DNA from: an uncultured Gammaproteobacteria bacterium
Lineage (GTDB): Bacteria > Pseudomonadota > Gammaproteobacteria > Magnimaribacterales > TMED112
Length of the DNA stretch: 31,027 bases
Direction: 5' to 3'
Assembly (NCBI GenBank): GCA_964342225.1
Contig: CAYFES010000002.1
Span: 1-31,027 of the forward strand
A program made the position numbers and the translations under genes. The notes below the pieces were generated by a model, which saw only the letters and a list, made by a program, of their open reading frames with translations, ran no database searches and was not told where the DNA came from. This document shows positions 26,761-31,027 of the stretch, one piece after another; positions within the stretch are counted from its first letter, which is position 1; every line of letters begins with the position of its first letter.

Positions 26761-27671
26761 TGAAAGCATTAGAAATAAAAAACCTTAGCAAAACTTATAG
26801 CAACAATGTTCATGCATTGAAAGATATTAGTCTCTCTGTTGAAAAGGGAGATTTTTTTGCACTTCTTGGACCAAATGGAGCAGGAAAATCAACAGCAATA
26901 GGAATAATTTCCTCTCTTGTTACAAAAAATGCAGGACAAGTTTCAATATGCGGAGTGAACATAGATGAAAATTTCCCACTAGCAAAATCAAAGCTTGGAG
27001 TAGTTAATCAAGAGTTTAATTTTTCACAGTTTGAAAAAGTGCAAGATACTATTGTCACTCAAGCAGGCTATTACGGAGTAGATTACAAAACAGCTCTAGA
27101 AAAATCTGAAAAATATTTAAAACAAATGGGAATTTGGGATAAAAAGGATGATACTCTTCGCGAATTATCAGGAGGACAGAAGAGAAGGGTGATGATAATA
27201 AAATCACTTATTCATGAGCCTGAACTTTTAATTCTAGATGAGCCAACAGCTGGGGTTGATATAGAGTTACGTAGAGGACTTTGGGATTTCTTAATTGACA
27301 TAAATAATGCAGGAACGACCATTATTCTTACCACACATTATCTAGAAGAAGCAGAAAATCTATGTAAGAACATAGCAATTATTGATGAAGGTAAGATCAT
27401 TGAAAATACGAGTATGAAACAACTACTTAAACAATTAGATAGCCAAGTATTTACTATTGAGACAAGCTCTAATCTTCCTCATGGTTTCAATATACCTGGC
27501 TTTGATATTAAAGTAGAAAACGATAATAAGTTTTCAGTAACACTATCTAAAGGATCTTCTGTAAGCAATCTTTTTAACAAGCCTGAATTAGCTCAAATAG
27601 AAGTTACCAATATTGCAAATCAAACCAATAGGCTAGAACAATTATTTTTAAACTTAACAGCGAAATCATGA
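26760..27671 (+). CDS. yadG: ABC-2 exporter ATP-binding subunit, YadG-like
   Basis: GPNGAGKS, LSGGQ, LDEPTAGVDIELRR and TTHYLEEAE. Confidence 0.88.
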   Translation: MKALEIKNLSKTYSNNVHALKDISLSVEKGDFFALLGPNGAGKSTAIGIISSLVTKNAGQVSICGVNIDENFPLAKSKLGVVNQEFNFSQFEKVQDTIVTQAGYYGVDYKTALEKSEKYLKQMGIWDKKDDTLRELSGGQKRRVMIIKSLIHEPELLILDEPTAGVDIELRRGLWDFLIDINNAGTTIILTTHYLEEAENLCKNIAIIDEGKIIENTSMKQLLKQLDSQVFTIETSSNLPHGFNIPGFDIKVENDNKFSVTLSKGSSVSNLFNKPELAQIEVTNIANQTNRLEQLFLNLTAKS

Positions 27672-28441
27672 ATCATTATCAATCTTTAAAAACTTTAACT
27701 TACGCACAGATTAGAAGGATCCTAAGGATATGGATTCAAACTATAGTTCCTCCAGCAATTACTACAGCATTGTATTTCTTAATATTTGGCCAATTAATAG
27801 GAAGAAGAATAGGAGAAATGCCAGGCTATGAAGGCTTTACTTACGTAGAGTTTATGGTTCCAGGGCTAATAATGCTATCTGTCATTACAAATGCGTATGC
27901 AAATGTAGCATCTGCATTTTTTGGGGCTAAATTTCAAAAAGCCATTGAAGAGATTATTATTTCGCCAATGCCAAATTGGTCTATATTGATTGGTTTCATC
28001 ATGGGGGGAATTGCTAGAGGCTTCATTGTTGGAATAGTTGTAGTTTTAGTGAGCTTATTTTTTACAACATTCACTATTCATAACATTCCATTAACTTTAT
28101 TTGCAATTATCATTACATCTGTTCTTTTCTCCCTATTAGGTTTAATTAACGGTGTATATGCAAAATCTTTCGATGATGTGACAATAATCCCAACTTTTGT
28201 TTTAACGCCTTTGATCTATCTTGGAGGAATATTCTATTCAATAGAAATACTTAGTGATCAGTGGCAATTTATTTCAAAATTAAACCCAATACTCTATGTT
28301 GTTGATTTCTTTAGATACGCAATGTTAGGGACTTACCAGATTAATCCACTTGGGGCCTTCGCTTTAATATCTGGGTTTACTGCTTCCTTTTTTGCACTAG
28401 CTTACTACCTTCTTCATAAAGGTATTGGCGTAAAGGAGTAA
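27668..28441 (+). CDS. yadH: ABC-2 exporter permease, YadH-like
   Basis: RIWIQTIVPPAIT..LYF.IFG, PGLIM and PTFVLTPLIYLGG.FYS. Confidence 0.88.
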   Translation: MNHYQSLKTLTYAQIRRILRIWIQTIVPPAITTALYFLIFGQLIGRRIGEMPGYEGFTYVEFMVPGLIMLSVITNAYANVASAFFGAKFQKAIEEIIISPMPNWSILIGFIMGGIARGFIVGIVVVLVSLFFTTFTIHNIPLTLFAIIITSVLFSLLGLINGVYAKSFDDVTIIPTFVLTPLIYLGGIFYSIEILSDQWQFISKLNPILYVVDFFRYAMLGTYQINPLGAFALISGFTASFFALAYYLLHKGIGVKE

Positions 28442-28444
28442 AAA

Positions 28445-29152
28445 TTGGCTGGCCCACTTGGAAAAAAAGTTTCCAACCTAAAAGAATTCTCTCCTGATAT
28501 TTTATTTCCAATCAAAAGAGAAGAACAAAGAGAACTCTTAAACAATATCAATTTCAAGGGCGAGGATATTTGGAATATTCATGAATTGCTCTGGATTGAT
28601 AACAATGATTGTCACCATCATGACGAGATTTCTATTGTTATTCCTTGTTCATCAACCAATATAGTTGAATCTAAGTCACTTAAATTGTTCATAAACTCAT
28701 TAGTTCATGAAAGATTTGAATCTCTTTCAGAAGTAAATAAATTAATAAAGCATCACATTGAAGAATTAGTAGAAGCAGATATTGAAATTAATAATGTATA
28801 TGAAAAACCAGATGCTAAAGTTTTAAGTGTAATAAGAGGCAAAAAAAACAATCATTTTCCTGAATGTGCATCTGTCTCAGAACTCCATTGTTTTAGAGGC
28901 TTTAGGTCATTATGCCCAGTTACTCAACAACCAGATATTGCTGATATTTTTATTGAAGGCTCTTTAAGTGAGTCTGATCAAGATAATATTGCAAATTATC
29001 TAGGAGATTTTTTTGAAAAGGAAGCATTTCATGAGCTTTGTATTGAACAAATTTTTGAAGATCTAAAATCTTTTAATTACTCATTTTCAAAGGTTGAAGG
29101 CTACTTTGAGAGAAGAGGGGGCATAGCAATTATCCCTAGACGCTACTCTTGA
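28445..29152 (+). CDS. queF: NADPH-dependent preQ0 reductase, bimodular QueF (compact form)
   Basis: LGK...LFPI.R, GEDIW, IVESKSLKL, catalytic CPVTQQPD, FHE and RRGG; AGGAG SD before the TTG start. Confidence 0.88.
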   Translation: MAGPLGKKVSNLKEFSPDILFPIKREEQRELLNNINFKGEDIWNIHELLWIDNNDCHHHDEISIVIPCSSTNIVESKSLKLFINSLVHERFESLSEVNKLIKHHIEELVEADIEINNVYEKPDAKVLSVIRGKKNNHFPECASVSELHCFRGFRSLCPVTQQPDIADIFIEGSLSESDQDNIANYLGDFFEKEAFHELCIEQIFEDLKSFNYSFSKVEGYFERRGGIAIIPRRYS

Positions 29153-29181
29153 ATAATTTCTAAGTTATAATCCACAATCTC

Positions 29182-29272
29182 GGAGAGATGGCAGAGTGGT
29201 CGATCGCGCTACCTTGGAAAGGTAGTGAACGTTTATAGCGTTCCGAGGGTTCGAATCCCTCTCTCTCCGCCA
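29182..29272 (+). tRNA. tRNA-Ser (GGA)
   Basis: GGAGAGA/TCTCTCC acceptor, anticodon arm CTACC-TTGGAAA-GGTAG, long variable arm, G73, encoded CCA; TATAAT at 29166-29171. Confidence 0.97.
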
Positions 29273-29273
29273 C

Positions 29274-29302
29274 TTAACAAAGAGCAATTTTTTTCTTAGT
29301 AT
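29274..29302 (+). promoter_or_regulatory. Sigma70-type promoter, probably leaderless
   Basis: TTAACA-17 bp-TAGTAT, then 6 nt to the ATG at 29309. Confidence 0.55.
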
Positions 29303-29308
29303 GTAGTT

Positions 29309-29815
29309 ATGATTAAATATTTAACAGTTATCCTACTTCTCGCTACACAATTAACCTATGCGCAAGCATACGACCCTCAAAGAGTTCTTAACTTAGACCC
29401 TAAAGTAATGGGTTTAGCTGCTTGTGCAGGCTCTCTTAACGCAAATCATGTCAATAATTATGCAAATGAACTCTATACCATTGAGCAGCTGAAAGACGCT
29501 TATCACATAAACAGTCTAGGCATGGAGCTAGCTATAGCTTCAAAAGGCCAGAATCATTATTTAAATTATGTAGGAGATTATGCTGCTTTAATAGAGCAAG
29601 GCTACGAAGATACAATTAACGAATTAACAAATGGCACTTTCGATTGGGATAGCCAAAGTGCACTAGATTACTGCCAAGTAAAGCTTTTCGAATATGTCGC
29701 GCAGCCACCAAGGTCTGCTATGTGGGTGGGTGATTTTGAAAAATTTAGAAAACTAACAAGAGATTTCACTAATCAATCTGTAGATATGTTAGTTCAGATC
29801 ATAGAAAATTATTGA
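29309..29815 (+). CDS. Hypothetical secreted protein (168 aa)
   Basis: Signal peptide ending TYA-QA, two Cys, helical-looking; no family recognised. Confidence 0.75.
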   Translation: MIKYLTVILLLATQLTYAQAYDPQRVLNLDPKVMGLAACAGSLNANHVNNYANELYTIEQLKDAYHINSLGMELAIASKGQNHYLNYVGDYAALIEQGYEDTINELTNGTFDWDSQSALDYCQVKLFEYVAQPPRSAMWVGDFEKFRKLTRDFTNQSVDMLVQIIENY

Positions 29816-29836
29816 TTAATTGGTAAAAAGATCAAT

Positions 29837-29851
29837 AAAATAGGCTATTTT
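29837..29851. promoter_or_regulatory. Palindromic site AAAATAG-G-CTATTTT (copy 2), candidate operator
   Basis: Perfect 7-1-7 palindrome about 150 bp upstream of the second TonB receptor. Confidence 0.35.
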
Positions 29852-29999
29852 CAGCCTTTCAATAATCAAAATAATCGAAATTTAAAAGCTAGCTTTAATT
29901 TGCCCTAAAAATTACTTTGTAAAAATTTGGCTTAATCCTTGACTAAATGGGCTAATCAGGCGATAAATATAGGTTATATATTTATTATTGGGGAAAAAT

Positions 30000-31027
30000 A
30001 TGACTAAAAGATTACTTTTACTATTACTTTCCTTGGGATTCTTTGGTGTTGTGTACGCTCAGGAAGATACTGGATCAACAGGTTCAGTTGAGGTGCAAAC
30101 CGAAGATGACGAAGACGAAGCCGAACCAGAAGAGGTTGTCGTTACAGGTTCTAGGATTGCTAGAAGTGAGTACGAAGTTGCTCAGCCAGTAACCATCATC
30201 TATGGTGAGGAATATGAAAATAGAGGCTATACCAATGCAGCCGACGCACTTTTTGATGTGCCAGGTATTGGTGTAACGAACTCTTTGACAAGCGGCTCAG
30301 GCGGAAACTTTGGTAACCAAAGTTCCTTGAGTGTGGGACAATCCCTAGCAAATAACTTCGGTTTAGGATCAGGTAGAACTCTGGTTCTTGTTAACGGAAG
30401 AAGATTTGTAGGATCTACATCACCATATGGATCAGGTGGATCAGGTAATGCTGTTGATATTAACAACATTCCATCCGTAATGATTGACAGAGTTGAGATT
30501 GTAAACGCTGGTGGTTCAGCAGTTTATGGTTCAGACGCTATTGCAGGTGTGATTAACTATGTTCTTAAAGATGACTATGAAGGCGCTGAAATGTCTATCG
30601 TTTATGATGACTATGCAGGACTTTCTTCAGATGTTTCATTACAAGCAGTAATGGGCGGAAACTTTGCTGATGGCAGAGGTAATATGGTCATGAACTTCCA
30701 GTATGAAGATATTGGAACAGTTTTCACTGGTGAAGTAGACAGATATTACAACAGCGAAACAGGTGTTTGTGGTACAGGTTCATACAGAAATACGTATAGT
30801 TCAACTGCACCATATCAAACAAGATGGATTGGCGCTGGCTCAATGGTAGACAGTGACTATGGCCCACAAGGTGTAACAGAAAGAGGTTGTATAACACTTT
30901 CAGCTATTCCTGAATCAGGAAAAGCTCACGTTTACAAATACTCATTCTCACCAGGATACTATGGTATATGGTATTACGACGGAGCATTCCCTGATGGTAG
31001 TACATGGCACTTTGGTGCACCAGGAGA
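30000..31027 (+). CDS. TonB-dependent receptor, 5' part; runs off the window end
   Basis: Hand translation from ATG 30000: MTKRLLLLLLSLGFFGVVYAQ...PEEVVVTGSRIAR...RTLVLVNGRR...IDRVEIVNAGGSAVYGSDAIAGVINY; open to the end; GGGG SD. Not in the ORF track because there is no stop. Confidence 0.93.
   Translation, partial: MTKRLLLLLLSLGFFGVVYAQEDTGSTGSVEVQTEDDEDEAEPEEVVVTGSRIARSEYEVAQPVTIIYGEEYENRGYTNAADALFDVPGIGVTNSLTSGSGGNFGNQSSLSVGQSLANNFGLGSGRTLVLVNGRRFVGSTSPYGSGGSGNAVDINNIPSVMIDRVEIVNAGGSAVYGSDAIAGVINYVLKDDYEGAEMSIVYDDYAGLSSDVSLQAVMGGNFADGRGNMVMNFQYEDIGTVFTGEVDRYYNSETGVCGTGSYRNTYSSTAPYQTRWIGAGSMVDSDYGPQGVTERGCITLSAIPESGKAHVYKYSFSPGYYGIWYYDGAFPDGSTWHFGAPG

Noticed and set aside
8836-29272. Prophage or integrative island bounded by the two tRNAs
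   Set aside because: No integrase, no direct repeat of either tRNA 3' end, and the content is housekeeping or envelope genes of uniform composition.
29855-29999. Fur box or cobalamin riboswitch upstream of the second TonB receptor
   Set aside because: AATAATCAAAATAATC is only a weak AT-rich resemblance and no riboswitch core is present. The nearby AAAGCTAGCTTT palindrome (29885-29896) is single-copy.
291-30469. Short ORF-track entries overlapping real genes (291-548, 4553-4813, 6686-6898, 6969-7178, 8549-8821, 10499-10735, 11252-11503, 15233-15439, 21929-22156, 22220-22450, 23411-23638, 24478-24708, 24695-24928, 26109-26306, 26288-26491, 26353-26646, 30227-30469)
   Set aside because: Antisense or alternate-frame shadows lying within well-supported CDS, with no recognisable motifs or initiation signals.
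1-31027. CRISPR array, IS elements, rRNA
   Set aside because: No regularly spaced repeats, transposase or rRNA-like sequence seen.

Overview
Chromosomal, AT-rich, very densely packed window from a streamlined Gammaproteobacterium. A marine SAR86-like lineage is inferred from composition, gene compaction and TonB receptors, not demonstrated. It holds 29 recognisable CDS (2 partial), tRNA-Ala(GGC) and tRNA-Ser(GGA); no integrase, transposase or CRISPR was seen. Housekeeping genes: gloB, rnhA, dnaQ, a short gltX, tatD, bolA, yadG/yadH-like ABC, queF. Accessory modules: (i) TonB receptor, Na+/dicarboxylate (SLC13) symporter and a secreted GGT-family enzyme whose alpha-amino-binding residues are replaced, including the D433N change known to convert E. 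coli GGT into a glutaryl acylase. This is the best candidate for an undescribed system, namely scavenging of dicarboxylic-acid amides. (ii) GH13 alpha-glucosidase with a Na+/sugar symporter. (iii) LPS-core-type GT4/ELM1 genes back-to-back with a plcP-agt-like phospholipid-to-glycolipid remodelling pair that runs on into rhomboid, bolA and an MMPL gene. (iv) MoxR/VWA pair. Non-coding signals: -10 boxes 5-8 nt from start codons at most transcription-unit heads (leaderless mRNAs), a GC-rich 60-nt hairpin with a T-tract at 11.2 kb (candidate sRNA or mini-element), and a palindrome repeated in two intergenic regions. Comparisons with reference proteins are from recalled sequences and need confirming by alignment.
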